Part shown: positions 11,636-23,019 of the stretch, piece after piece
Layout: every line of letters begins with the position of its first letter
How positions within the stretch are numbered: position 1 is the first letter of the stretch
From: Scyliorhinus canicula
Taxonomy: Eukaryota
NCBI RefSeq assembly: GCF_902713615.1
Contig: NC_052169.1
Span: forward strand, 3,599,800-3,663,799
Length of the DNA stretch: 64,000 nucleotides
Direction: 5' to 3'
Made by a program: the position numbers and the translations under genes
The notes under the pieces: model-generated
Database searches by the model: none
What the model was told of the DNA's origin: nothing
The model's input: only the letters and a program-made list of their open reading frames with translations

Positions 11636-11691
11636 CTTTCCTGTTTCGCTTTCTGTTCACGCGACCTTCTGTCTCCAATGACGGACATCGC
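11636..11691 (-). CDS. HYPK: HYPK coding exon 2: AMSVIGDRRSREQKAKQE(R)
   Basis: CAG acceptor at 11694-11692, GT donor at 11635, matches the vertebrate HYPK segment. Confidence 0.95.
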
Positions 11692-12389
11692 CTGTGAACA
11701 AACACACACCAGTCACAATCCACATTCACTGTTGTAAGTAAACTCTCCTCAGCCATTTTATGTCACCACCCACAGCAGTGCCCTCCCCTTTCAAATTCCT
11801 CAGTATTGATATATTCACGGTGCAGTTAGACAAATTTTCAATAAGACAAGGGAGTCAAAGGATACAGAGACAGAGAGATTAGTGCAATTGACACCAGCAA
11901 ACAGATCAGCTATAATCTTATTGAATGGCCTCTGCCTGCCAGAAAGCCCTGTGAGAGTATGGCAGGGCAATGAGATTGGGAGGGGGAGATTCATGGGGAA
12001 TTCAATCTCCCTCTCCCCTATTTCCAGTGTCACTCTCCCCTCCTACTCATCCCATCGCCATACTCTCAGCTCCCTCTCTTTACCCGACCCTCTATTCCCC
12101 AGAACCTCCTTTACTCATTCACTTTCTAAGGTCCCTCCACCTCTTCCACTCCCCAGAACCTCCTCCCCCACAAAACCCCATACCTCCCAGAACCCCCCTC
12201 CCCATATATCTCCCTCCCCCATATATCCCCTTGACCCCATAGCTCTCTGATCCTCCTTCCCCACAAAACCCCATACCTCCCAGAACCTCCTCTTCCCAAC
12301 CCTATAGCTCCAGAATAACCCCCCGACACCATACCTCTGAATCCACTCCCCCTGTAGCCCCCCTCCCTAGACCCCATAGCCCTCCCATC

Positions 12390-13700
12390 GTGCCGCCCTT
12401 ATGCCCCCTTCCCCTCCCCATGCCCCCCTCCCCTCCCTCCTGCCCCCCACCCTCCCTAATGCCCCCCTTCCACTCCATGCCCCTCTCCCCTCATGCCCCC
12501 TCTCCTCCCCTCCCTCCTGCCCCCCTTCCCCTCCACGCCCCCTCCCTCCTTCTACCCCCGCATGCCCCCCTCATGCCCCTCCTCCTCCTGCCCCATGCTC
12601 CCTCCCCCCTCATGCCCCTGTCCCTCCCCTCCTCCTGCCCCATGCTTCCTCCCCCCATCCCTCCCCTCCCGACCCCCTCTCCTCATGCCCCTCCTCCTTC
12701 CCTCATGCTCCCCTCTTCCTCCCCTCCCTCCTGCCCCCATCTCCTCACCTCCGTCCTGCCCCCTCCTCCCCTCTGCCCCCTCCCCTCCCTCAACCCCCTT
12801 CCCCTCCCCTCCCTCATGCCCCTTCTCCCCTTCCTCATGCCCCCCTCCGCCCCTCCCTCATGCCCCCTCCTCCCCTCCCTCATGCCCCCTCCGCCCCTCC
12901 CTCATGCCCCCTCCTCCCCTCCCTCATGCCCCCTCCTCCCCTCCCTCATGCCCCCTCCCCTCGTGCCCCCTCCCCTCCCCCATGCCCCCCCCCCCCCCCC
13001 CCCTGCCCCCCCTCCCCTCCCCCATGCCCCCCCTCCCCTCCCCCATGCCCCCCCTCCCTCCTCCCTCATGCCCCCCCTCCCTCCCCTCCCTCCCCCCTCT
13101 CGCCCCCCATCCCCCCTCTCCTCCCCTCTCGCCCCCCATCCCTCCCCCTCCTCCCTCCTGCCCCCCCTCCTCCCTCCTGCCCCCTGATCCTCCCTCCTGC
13201 CCCCCCTTCCTCCCTCCTGCCCCCCCTCCCTCCTGCCCCCCTCCTCCCTCCCGCCCCCCCTCCTCCCTCCCCCTCCTCCCTCCTGCCCCCCCTCCTCCCT
13301 CTTGCCCCCCCTCCTCCCTCTTGCCCCCCCCATCCTCCCTCTTGCCCCCCCCCATCCTCCCTCTTGCCCCCCCCCATCCTCCCTCTTGCCCCCCCCCATC
13401 CTCCCTCTTGCCCCCCCCCCCATCCTCCCTCCTGCCCCCCCCCATCCTCCCTCACGCCCCCCCCCATCCTCCCTCACGGCCCCCCCCATCCTCCCTCACG
13501 GCCCCCCCCCATCCTCCCTCATGCCCCCCCCCCATCCTCCCTCCTGCCCCCCCCCATCCTCCCTCCTGCCCCCCCCCCCATCCTCCCTCCTGCCCCCCCC
13601 CCATCCTCCCTCCTGCCCCCCCCCATCCTCCCTCCTGCCCCCCCCCCATCCTCCCTCCTGCCCCCCCCCATCCTCCCTCATGCCCCCCCATCCTCACGCT
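12390..13700. repeat. Degenerate C-rich minisatellite (CCCCCCATCCTCCCTCMTG-like) in HYPK intron 1, G-rich on the transcript strand
   Basis: Direct inspection. Source of the poly-Pro and poly-Gly ORFs. Confidence 0.92.
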
Positions 13701-13713
13701 TCCCCCTCCTCAC

Positions 13714-13866
13714 CGTCTCCAGGTCCGAGCTGAGAATCTCTTTCTCCTCCGCATAGTCGGTCACCCTCTCCAGATCCGCCGCCCCGCTGTCGTGTTTCCG
13801 CGGTTTCTCCGCCGGCCGCTCGGTCTCCTCATTCTCCAAATCCAGGTCGCCGTCAGCCTCCGCCAT
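13714..13866 (-). CDS. HYPK: HYPK coding exon 1: MAEADGDLDLENEETERPAEKPRKHDSGAADLERVTDYAEEKEILSSDLET
   Basis: KPRKHDSGAADLERVTDYAEEKEI is diagnostic of HYPK. GTGAG donor at 13713, within a CpG island. Confidence 0.97.
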
Positions 13867-14000
13867 CTGCCCCGCGCCGCGCCGCCGGACACACGTCAGA
13901 ACCCCGCGCCGGAAAACGCGTCAGCGCGCAATCCCCGCCGCCGGAAACTGCGTCAGCGCGCAGCCCCGCCCCCGCGCTGCTTCCGGGTTGTGCTCAGTCT
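13867..14000 (-). promoter_or_regulatory. HYPK CpG-island promoter with repeated CCGGA(A) ETS-type and TGACG half-CRE motifs and GC boxes
   Basis: CpG-dense. CGTCA at 13894, 13919 and 13951, each preceded by CCGGA. CCCCGCCCC and CTTCCGG also present. Confidence 0.7.
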
Positions 14001-14165
14001 CAGCTCTGCCCCTGTCAGTGTTGGCTACCATGGTGGGCAACTGGAGGCTCCAAACTCATGAATCCGTTCACTGCTCATCCAGGTTTACTTATGTTTAAAA
14101 CACAATCGGAAATAGCATTCTGGAAATGTTTCCAAAATCATTTCAAATTAGTGAGGTTGGAATAA

Positions 14166-14385
14166 GTAAGTAAGGAGTCTTCCAACACCAGGTTAAAGTC
14201 CAACATGTTCGTTTCAAACACTAGCTTTTGGAGCACCTTCCTCAGGTGAATGACCAGTGCTCCGAAAGCTAGTGTGAAGGAGCTGCGCTCCGAAAGCTAG
14301 TGTTTGAAACAAACCTGTTGGACTTTAACCTGGTGTGGTAAGACTTCTTACTGTGCTCACCCCAGTCCAACGCCGGCATCGCCAC
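14166..14385. mobile_element. Second Penelope-derived inverted-repeat insertion with damaged hammerhead motifs
   Basis: Same inverted arms as the 11165 element. Flanking direct repeat AGGTTGGAATAA / AGGCTGGAATAA. Confidence 0.78.
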
Positions 14386-14459
14386 AGGCTGGAATAAAAC
14401 TGAGAAACACCCAGCACCGAGCAGCAACTCTTACCGAGTGGGGGGGACACAAACTGTCC

Positions 14460-16100
14460 AGGCATTGATCGTGGAGAGGATAGCTGCTGAATGATATCAA
14501 TGGTTTAGTTGAGTGGGCAGAGAAGTGGCAAATGCAATTCAGTCTGGAAAAGTGAGGTCATGCATTTGGGGAGGGCAAACAAAGCAAGGGAATACTCAAT
14601 AAACAAGACTCAATAAACAAGATATTGAGGGGTTGAGGAAGCACAAGACCTTGGACTACATGTCCACAGCTCCCTGAAGGTGTGACATGAATGTATGAAT
14701 TTCATATATATATATATATATATAGTATTCTATGTATTTGGTGCTGTGAGGGATAACAGCCTGGGTTAGTGTCTGACTGCCGCAATAGTGTTTTCAAAAA
14801 TCCTGGTTTGCAATACAGCTCGGATTCAGGGGATCCTGAGGTGCTCGTAAAAGTTTGGGCTAATGGATTTTTGCTGATATGAAGAGTGATGCGGAGTGAA
14901 TAATTAGAGACATTGTGTTCAGTTCAGTGAGATGATACAGTTAATGGGAGAAGCCGGGGTTAAAGCAGTCAGATATTAAGGTTCAGAGTTTGTCTTTGTG
15001 TGGAAGGCAAGCTGTGATAGTTCCTGACAAAATACCGCCAGAAATTATGCACTGTTTTGACATTGTTCAGGTTTTATCTTTTCAAGCAGTCTCAAAAGAC
15101 ATCTCCAAACAGCAAGTATTCATGAGTCGACTAACTATTTTAAAGCGGATTGTAACGGGAGATCTTCTGTTGATGGAAGTAAAGATAGCAGTTAAGGGTT
15201 ACAGTATTCACTGTATTACAGTATTAACATTATTTAAGGAGTCATTGTAAGCTATTTTCATGTGATGTAAAGATATTTTAATACTGCGTCAGTAAGAAAG
15301 TTTGTTTTAATTTACCTTATCCCTATTTTGTGTGAAATCATCCCTGGAGTGAGGTATCCTTTCCTCAGACTTACAAAATTTAAATAAAATATTGATGTTT
15401 CTGTCCAGCATCGTCGCCACTGTTGGGGTCTGGTCTGGGATCGTAATGGATAGCAGGACAGGTGGACAGGAAAGGACATGAAATGCTTTCCTTTATTGCA
15501 CGAGATATAGAATACAAAAGCAGGGATAACATAATGATGGAGCTGTATAAAACTCTGGTTAGGCCACAGCTGGAGTTGTGTACACAGTTCTGGTCACCAC
15601 ATTACAGCAAGGCCCTGGAGAGAGCGCAGAGGAGATTTACAAGAATGTTGTCAGGGCGTGAAAATTGCAGCTCTGAGGCGAGATTAGATAGGCTGGGGTT
15701 ATTTTCCTTGGATCAGATCAATGAGGGTTGCCCTAATTGAGGTGTACAAAATTATGAAGGGCCGAGATAGAGTAGACAAGAAAAAAAAAATTGCCCCGAG
15801 CCGAGGCTCCAATTACCAGGTGGCAAAATCTGAGGGGACATGACGGGAAACATTTTCACCCAAAGGGTAGTGGATGTCTGGAATTCCCTTGGGTAAGTTG
15901 ATAATTGAGGCTGAAACACTCAATTAATTTCAAAGACACCTGGATCTACAACCAAAGTGCTGCAACCTGCAAAAGGCCACGGACTAGGTGCTGGAAAGTG
16001 GGATTAAAATGTGCAGCTAGTTTCTTTATTTCTATATTGGCCAGCATGGACACGATGGGCCAAGTGGCCCCTTTCTGCACCAGAACATTTCTATGGTTCT
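14460..16100 (+). mobile_element. CR1-type LINE 3' fragment split by a solo LTR
   Basis: WAEKWQMQF before the insertion, LYKTLVRPQLELCTQFWSPHY after it, CR1 tail near 16050-16100. Confidence 0.82.
14681..15448 (+). mobile_element. Probable solo LTR (about 770 bp) inserted in CR1
   Basis: Starts TGTGACA exactly where CR1 homology breaks, has AATAAA near 15383, ends ...GATCGTAA. Right end and TSD are degraded. Confidence 0.55.
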
Positions 16101-16130
16101 ATGCGAAGCACTGTAGTCAGATCTGACCCC

Positions 16131-16162
<32 letters not shown>

Positions 16163-16185
16163 ACCACCCACCACCACACCCACCC

Positions 16186-16620
16186 AACTTCCGGTTGCGT
16201 GATGTAGATGAAGCGTGCACACACAGTATCTTCCCCCGACATTCTCGCTACTTATGGTGCCGCAAATCAACCACTGACACCGCAAAACCCGCTGCAGACG
16301 AGCAAGCAACAAACTGCGTCAACAAAAAAAGTAAAATAATTTTAGCCAAAGAACTCTGACTGATATCGATACCCCAGCCGATTTGGGTGCAACCAAGATG
16401 GCGGCCGCCTCTCCTGCGTTATTAACATCCTATACTCTTAGCAAAATTCTGATCGAACACGAGCCAAACCGAAAACCCTCTGGAGGCAGCACCGTCATGG
16501 ATATGGAGACGGCAGTAACAGGATCACCGCACTGGAGTCCGAGTGGGTTGCAGCGGTTAAAGAGAACGTGGCGCTACGGATCAGAATCGAAGACCTAGAA
16601 AACCAGTCCAGATGACAGAT
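16186..16620 (+). mobile_element. L1-type LINE 5' UTR/ORF1 remnant
   Basis: CpG-rich start ACTTCCGGTTGCG and decayed ORF1 motif EDLENQSR*Q at about 16590-16618 (compare DLENRSRR). Confidence 0.55.
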
Positions 16621-16818
16621 CCTGGGCGAGATAGCAAATAATATGGAAAAGATTTCCTTGCTAAGATTAATATGGGGAATAGGACAAGGGGAGAGTGTTT
16701 AAGACTGAGATCAAGGAATTCCTTAGACACACTGACCAGCACCTGGAATGTTAGCTTAAGCGAAGTCGAAAACTGTGGAAACATTTGAAGGAATTGGATC
16801 ACGTATTGGGAAATGGTG

Positions 16819-17045
16819 GGCAGCACGGTGGCGCAGTGGGTTAGCCCTGCAGCCTCACAGCACCGAGGTCCAGTTTCGATCCCGGCTCTGGGTCACTGTC
16901 CGTGTGGAGTTTGCACATTCTCCCCGTGTTTGCGTGGGTTTTGCCCCCACCACCCAAACGATCTGCAGGCTAGGTGGATTAGCCACGCTAAATTGCCCCT
17001 TAATTGGAAAAAATGAATTGGGTATTCTAAATTTATTGAAAAAAA
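16819..17045 (+). mobile_element. V-SINE, full length
   Basis: tRNA head, V-domain and tail. Confidence 0.88.
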
Positions 17046-17377
17046 ATGTATTGGGAAATGGCGAGGGTTTTTTCTGAAGAAATTAAAATGAGCAAGTTCA
17101 CTCACCTTGTGACCAATTTAGTATCTTCTCCATTAGAAATTCCCAATAACTCGTAAAATAAGTGGGATAACTACACCAGACAGATTAAAATAAAAGGAAA
17201 TGGATTTGAATTTTCACCACTGACAAAATGGATGTTTTAAGCTACTATCTTTTTAAGCTGGTTGAATTATAAAATATATATATAAATTTGGAGTACCCAA
17301 TTCTTTTTTTTTTCCAATCACTCCAGGGATGATTTCACACAAAATAGGGATAAGGTAAATTAAAACAATTTAGCGTG

Positions 17378-17885
17378 AACAATCCACCTACCCTGCACAT
17401 CTTTGGCTTGTGGGGGGTGAGACCCATGCAGACAGACGGTGAATGTGCAAATTCCAGACGGACAGTGACCCGGGGCCAGGATGGAACCTGGGACCTCGGC
17501 GCCGTGAGGCAGCAGTGCTAACCACTGAACAAAGAACAATACAGCACAGGAACAGGCTCTTCGGCCCTCCAAGCCTGCACCAACCATGGTACCTGCCTAA
17601 AGTAAAACCGCCTGCACTTACGGAGTTTGCATCCTTCCATTCCCACCCTATTCACATATTTGTCTAGATGCCCCTTAAATGCCGCTATCGTACCGGCTCC
17701 CACCCCCTCCCCAGGCAGCGCGTTCCATATATTTACCACCCTCTGTGTAAACAAACCTGCCCTGCACATCTGTTCTAAACTTTTCCCCACGCACTTTAAA
17801 CCTATGTCCCCCTAGTACTTGATTCTCCTATACTAAGAAAGAGCATCTGACTATCCACTCTGTCCATGCCACTCAATCTTGTAGA
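17378..17885 (-). mobile_element. V-SINE (17378-17527) adjoining a CR1 3' end (17528-17885)
   Basis: V-domain and CR1 motif FTQRVVNIWNALP. Confidence 0.8.
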
Positions 17886-18981
17886 CTGCGCCATCGTCCT
17901 GCCCCTAAGCTGGTTTCATGACCCCAATGTAAAGTGTTCCTTTCTTTCAGAGCCTACCCTGACCACCAGCTGGTTGTTAGGCCTTGACTCTGACAACATG
18001 TATTGGAGTTCTCTCTATCTCTCTCTCTATCCCTACAAAAGGTGGCGTGCATTTCATTTCAACCAGGAGCTGGCAACATCAAACTATCAAAATCTCCTGT
18101 AACTATAACCGTAGAATCATACAGCACGGGAAGGTATTGGTCCATTACAGAGGGTGCGGTTGGGGATTATCAAGTCTGATCAGTCATGATCTCGAATGGG
18201 AGAACAGACTCGATGGGCCGAATGACCTACTTCTGCTCTTGTATCTTACGATATTATTATGCCCATACACCTATCGTCAAACCCAGACCAAAAAATATTT
18301 GCAGTACCAAGTATTCCCTGCACAGCCAGACCATTCAATTCCACTAGTCCACGGTGGTAGTTACCCTGCACACAAGTCTCCTCACCACCGGCCAGCTTAG
18401 TCCCACCCTGTCCTTCTGGTCCTTGCTCCTTTAATTGCATCAGATAAAATGTCCTTGAAAATTACAATAGAATCCAGTTCTCCCGCCCCTTCAAGCAGTG
18501 CCTACCAGATCATAACAATGTGCTACATCTTTTTCTGATGTTATGTTAGAATTTCTATGGATCTTGGGAAGGGGCATGGATAAATTAAACCCAGGGTTAT
18601 AATTTACAGTGTCCAGGCTTGCTGAACACCAATGATTCTCTTTCCAGATGGTGTGTGGCCCATCCCACAAGAATGAAACAAGAATAGAAATAGATTCACT
18701 AACTCACTATTTTTATCCTCCTCAACAAAAACAACAGGAAGGGGAAAAGGATACATGATTACAAAGTTGTAAACTTTCCAGAAAATAGGTTTTTAAAAAG
18801 CAAGTTTTAAATTAAATGTGAACAGCACATTTGCCAGGGGGAAACAATCTTTGAACAGAAGGTGACTTAAAGAGTTTTAGAAACTGGAGCTCCGGGGTGA
18901 TAGGGTTCACCATGTCAAAGATATAACGCTTGGCCTAAAACACAAAGTTCATCCGGCCACAATGGCCCTGCTGCCCCAAGA

Positions 18982-19164
18982 TTATGTGGTCTTCCTCTTC
19001 TTGGCTGACGGCCTCTCAAAGACGTCACGCACGCCAGCTGCCCGCTGCTTGAAGAATTTGCTGTTCTGAGCAGACTCCTGGGCCCATGCCGAGTCAAAAG
19101 AGGTGGTGTCCTGGTCGACCAGGTGAGTGTATTTTGTCCGACCTGAACGGCCAAAGTTTTTGAC
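18982..19164 (-). CDS. MFAP1: Microfibrillar-associated protein 1 (spliceosomal B-complex factor), exon 9 (last): [27 protein letters not shown]...KRKTT*
   Basis: CAG acceptor at 19167-19165, near identity to the vertebrate MFAP1 C-terminus, TAA at 18984-18982. Confidence 0.96.
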   Translation of the reverse strand, partial: VKNFGRSGRTKYTHLVDQDTTSFDSAWAQESAQNSKFFKQRAAGVRDVFERPSAKKRKTT

Positions 19165-19546
19165 CTGGTGGAGAGAGCGAAACGAGGCCCAAGCTTAGTT
19201 TAATCAGCCAAACAGATTTGTTCAAACAGCAGCAAAACAAACTTGACAAAGTACTGGAAATACACAACCCATTGGTCACAGAATTGCATGGCACAGGAGG
19301 CCATTCATCCCAGCACGTCTGTGCTATACAATTAGATCCACTCCCGGCTCTTTCCCGATAATCACAATTTTCCTTCAAGTATTTATTGAATTCCCTTTAG
19401 GAGGCTACTATTCAATCATCACCACCCGTTTAGGCAGCACAGTCCATACAGAATTCCTACAGTTCAGAAGGAGGCCATTCTGCCCATTGAGACCCTCTGA
19501 AACAGCACCGTAACTAGGCCCACTTCCCCACCCTAACCTGTAACCC

Positions 19547-19765
19547 CACTTAACCTACACATCTTTGGACACTAAGGGCAATTTAGCATGGGCAATCCAA
19601 CGAACCTGTACATCTTTGGACTGTGGGAGGAAACCGGGGCACCCGGAGGAAACCCACCCAGACATGGGGAGAATGTGCAGACTCCACACAGACAGTGACC
19701 AGAAGACGGAATTGAACCCAGGCCCCTGGTGCCGTGAGGCAGCGTTGTTAACCACTGTGCCACCC
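19547..19765 (-). mobile_element. V-SINE (long V-domain type)
   Basis: GGGTTTCCTCCGGGTGCCCCGGTTTCCTCCCAC motif on the minus strand. Confidence 0.85.
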
Positions 19766-20194
19766 ATTGCTTAGCATAACTCACTGAACACTTTTGAACA
19801 GCATTTTCCTCTCTCAGTAACTAAAATTTCTAAAGTCTGAATCAAAGGCTTAAAACAAAAGTACAAATAAAGGAATCGTATATCGTGAAGTTTCTGGTGT
19901 CTCTTTCATCGGCTCAGATTTCAGCCCTCGCAACTTTCTCATGTGGGGAAACGTGACCCAGTTAATAACTCTTTACACACTTGATTAATTGAAAAGGGAG
20001 CAACTGTGATTTCTCATTGCTCTATCCGTCACAACGGGCTGTTATAGTGCCAGGAAAATGCACAGCGGAGGTCAACTGATATCTGAAGAGCGGTTTTAAA
20101 GCTACTGCTCCATCGAAACATACGGCAATCTGATAGAGACTGCACAGCAAACCAAGTCAGCTTCTTCCTTTCAAATTATTATTTTTAAAAAATT

Positions 20195-20508
20195 GTTCAT
20201 GGGACGTGGGCGCGTAGGCTGTGCCAGCATGTATTGCCCGTCACCAATTTCCCTCGAGGGGGCAGAAGTTAAGAGTTCACCACATTGTTGTGGGTCTGGA
20301 GTCACATGTGGGCCAGACCGGGTAAGGACGGCAGATTTCCTTCCCTAAAGTGAACCTGACAATCGATTCATAGTCACTTGTAATTCCAGATTGAATTCAA
20401 TATTTCACCCTCTGCCGTGGTGGGATTTGAACCCGGGTCCCCAGAGCTTTACTCTGGGTCTCTGGATTACTAATTCAGTGACAATACCACTATGCCACTG
20501 CCTCCCCT
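20195..20508. mobile_element. RTE-tail-related SINE/LINE remnant
   Basis: gggtaaggacggcagatttccttccctaaag and a minus-strand tRNA-like head at 20420-20505. Confidence 0.6.
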
Positions 20509-20943
20509 GATGCTGAATAATGTGCTCTGCATTTTATTAACTGGAAGTGTAGGTCAGTGAGACGGTGAGTAAGTTTCTCACTCGAGTCTTGCTCCTCTTG
20601 TCCAATATGTTCTCGGGGTCCAGTGGGACCTCAGCAATAACCTTCAGCCACCAGAGCGCAGGGCACTCTGCTGATGCTCAGCTTGATCTCCACTTGAGCA
20701 TCCAGAGCTGCTGCTGTCTCTGAACATCAGTTACTTTGGCATTGTCACAAGATCTCCCAATATTTGCATTATCCCCCTCCCACTCCACCCTGCACCCCCT
20801 CCCACTCCACCCTGCCACAATAAGGGTACCCCTCAGGTACTCCGAGGCATCCAGTTATCTAAGGGGAGTGATGCAGGAAGGCATGCACTTGTTGAGCAGT
20901 GTCTTGTGGGCACACAGCCGCGGGTAATCCAGGCGGACTGTAC

Positions 20944-21033
20944 CTGCATGACTTTGGGCAGGATGGTCTTGTTGAAATGATCCTCCAGTGTTGGGGAACT
21001 GAAGTCGCGTTTGTACAGATCCTCCTCTTCATC
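20944..21033 (-). CDS. MFAP1: MFAP1 exon 8: DEEEDLYKRDFSSPTLEDHFNKTILPKVMQ
   Basis: AG/GT boundaries, phase 0-0, sequence match. Confidence 0.96.
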
Positions 21034-21349
21034 CTGTTAAACAAGAGAGTCAGTTAGTGTAAGACACTAGAGGGTGTTTGACATCTATTAGCAAGTGATG
21101 CATATCCCAGGATAGACAAATATAATTTGTAATAAAATAAAACACATCCAATTCCTCCCATGGACCAGTTTATGCAAATAATCGGCACTTATTCAAATAT
21201 TCCACGAGAGGTTAATGCTTTAATCTCTATCTCCCAAAGGTGCTGCGTCTCACTAGGGGCTCGTATCACATGCAGCCAGTGTCCTTCACAACTCTTTTGA
21301 ATAACTATTACTGTTGGGTCATAGCAGTCGGTGAATGTCAGCAAGTTTT

Positions 21350-21549
21350 TAAGAAAAAATTCCAATTAAGGGGCAATTTAGCGTGGCCAATCCACCTGCC
21401 CTGCATGTCTTTGGGTTGTGAGGGTAACACCCACGTAGACACGGGGAGAATGTGCAAACTCCACACGGATAGTAACCCGGATCTGGGATCGAACCCGATC
21501 CTTGGCACCGTGAGGCAGCAGTGCTAACCATTGCATCACCGTGCTGCCT
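21350..21549 (-). mobile_element. V-SINE in MFAP1 intron 7
   Basis: tRNA head and V-domain. Confidence 0.85.
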
Positions 21550-21736
21550 GGAACGTCAGCAGGTTAACCTGGTGTATACACCGTCACACTGGAGCCCAAT
21601 CCTGTCCCCAATAGCAGTTTCTGAATATTAACAAGGAGCATGTGCACAGGCTGATGCATCTACTGCCAGAGCTACCAGAGAACCCCAACACACTGGGGTT
21701 TGTGTTTAGCGTTGGCTGAAATCAGCCCCTACTCAC

Positions 21737-21896
21737 CATGAAGAAAGCTCCTCTGTGGTAGTATTTCTGCAGGAACTTGTACTTCCCTTTGCTGGCTTTG
21801 TTAGTGATGGCTTTGCTGTTGGCTCGAAGTTCTGCTCGTCTCTCCTCCTCTGTCAGATTGTGCATGCGATCAATCTCAGCTTTCTCCTTCTCCATG
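21737..21896 (-). CDS. MFAP1: MFAP1 exon 7: [26 protein letters not shown]...[16 protein letters not shown]
   Basis: CAG acceptor, GTGAGT donor, diagnostic [10 protein letters not shown]. Confidence 0.97.
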
Positions 21897-22291
21897 CTGT
21901 GAAATGGGCAGGTAATTAAACAAGGAATGGCCCATCACAACACAAAATAATTATTTCATCCACAGCGAGAGAGAGAGAGGGGGAGAGAGAAAGATGGAAA
22001 GACGCACAGAAAATCAGATGAAGAGGGGGAAAGCTGAATTTTATTCAAAGCCAGCATTATCGCACTTACTGCAGATAAACACTCACTGAAGGAAATAAAA
22101 TACTGATGCATTGGACACAGACTGCTCATAGAAATGCCCAACTTACTTGTAGATTGAGTAAGGATTCAGCAAAGAGTGAGTTGGCTATGCAGCATATATA
22201 CTGTTATCATGTTTCTGCACGATTTAAGGTAGATGGGGAGGGTGCGGCAGTAACAAAGAGGTGGTATATAGTGATTAAATACAGTACTCAC

Positions 22292-22452
22292 GATTCCCGC
22301 TCTTCACGGTCACGTTTAATGCGTTTAAGTTCCCGAACTTTCCACGACTCGTATTCCTCTTCATCGTTCTCATCATCGGTGTTCAGTGCATCAAGAGCTG
22401 ACAATGTTCTTCGTGACTCCTCGATCTCCCGCCTGGCCTCCTCCTCCACAAT
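22292..22452 (-). CDS. MFAP1: MFAP1 exon 6: IVEEE...LNTDDENDEEEYESWKVRELKRIKRDREERE
   Basis: CAG acceptor, GTGAGT donor, phase 0 to 2. Confidence 0.96.
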
Positions 22453-22783
22453 CTGCAAAACGGCAACACATGTCTCAGTAATACACCATGGTAACCACTG
22501 GTACTCTCTCTGCCCTCACTCAAACCACCCATCCCCAACCCAGTGGTACTGCCCTCCCTCAATCAGTGCCTTCCCTTTGCCCAACTGGACCCCCCCCCCA
22601 TGGGGTGTCGGCACACCCACAGTGCTGTTAGGGAGAAGGTTCCAGGATTTTGATCCAGCGACAGTGAAGCACGCTTCCCATAACGGTTCTGACGTGCATG
22701 AAACTTGATCACCATTCTGTGACCAGTGCTGGAGGGCGGCAGGATTTCACACTGCACACAGGTCTGCAGCCTGCACTCAGTAC

Positions 22784-22892
22784 CTTCAGCGTATACTTGC
22801 GTTGCTCCTCGCTCAAGCGTTTTGCCTCCACCTCCAGCTCCTTCTGCTTTATGGCCTCAGCCTCACGTTCCTGCACAGTAACACGGTCCTTT
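22784..22892 (-). CDS. MFAP1: MFAP1 exon 5: KDRVTVQEREAEAIKQKELEVEAKRLSEEQRKYTLK
   Basis: CAG acceptor, GT donor, phase 2 to 0. Confidence 0.96.
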
Positions 22893-23019
22893 CTGGGGAA
22901 AAATCAAAAGGGGGCATTCATCAAAAGACCTCCATAGATAAGTTCATAATACAAACTCAGGTAAACAAAATTGGCTAAAATAGTTTTAACGTCCCCAAAG
23001 CCAATTGGTTTTTTCATTT

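Noticed and set aside
12390-14061. Pro-rich extensin/formin-like ORFs
   Set aside because: Low-complexity repeat in HYPK intron 1, on the strand opposite the real gene.
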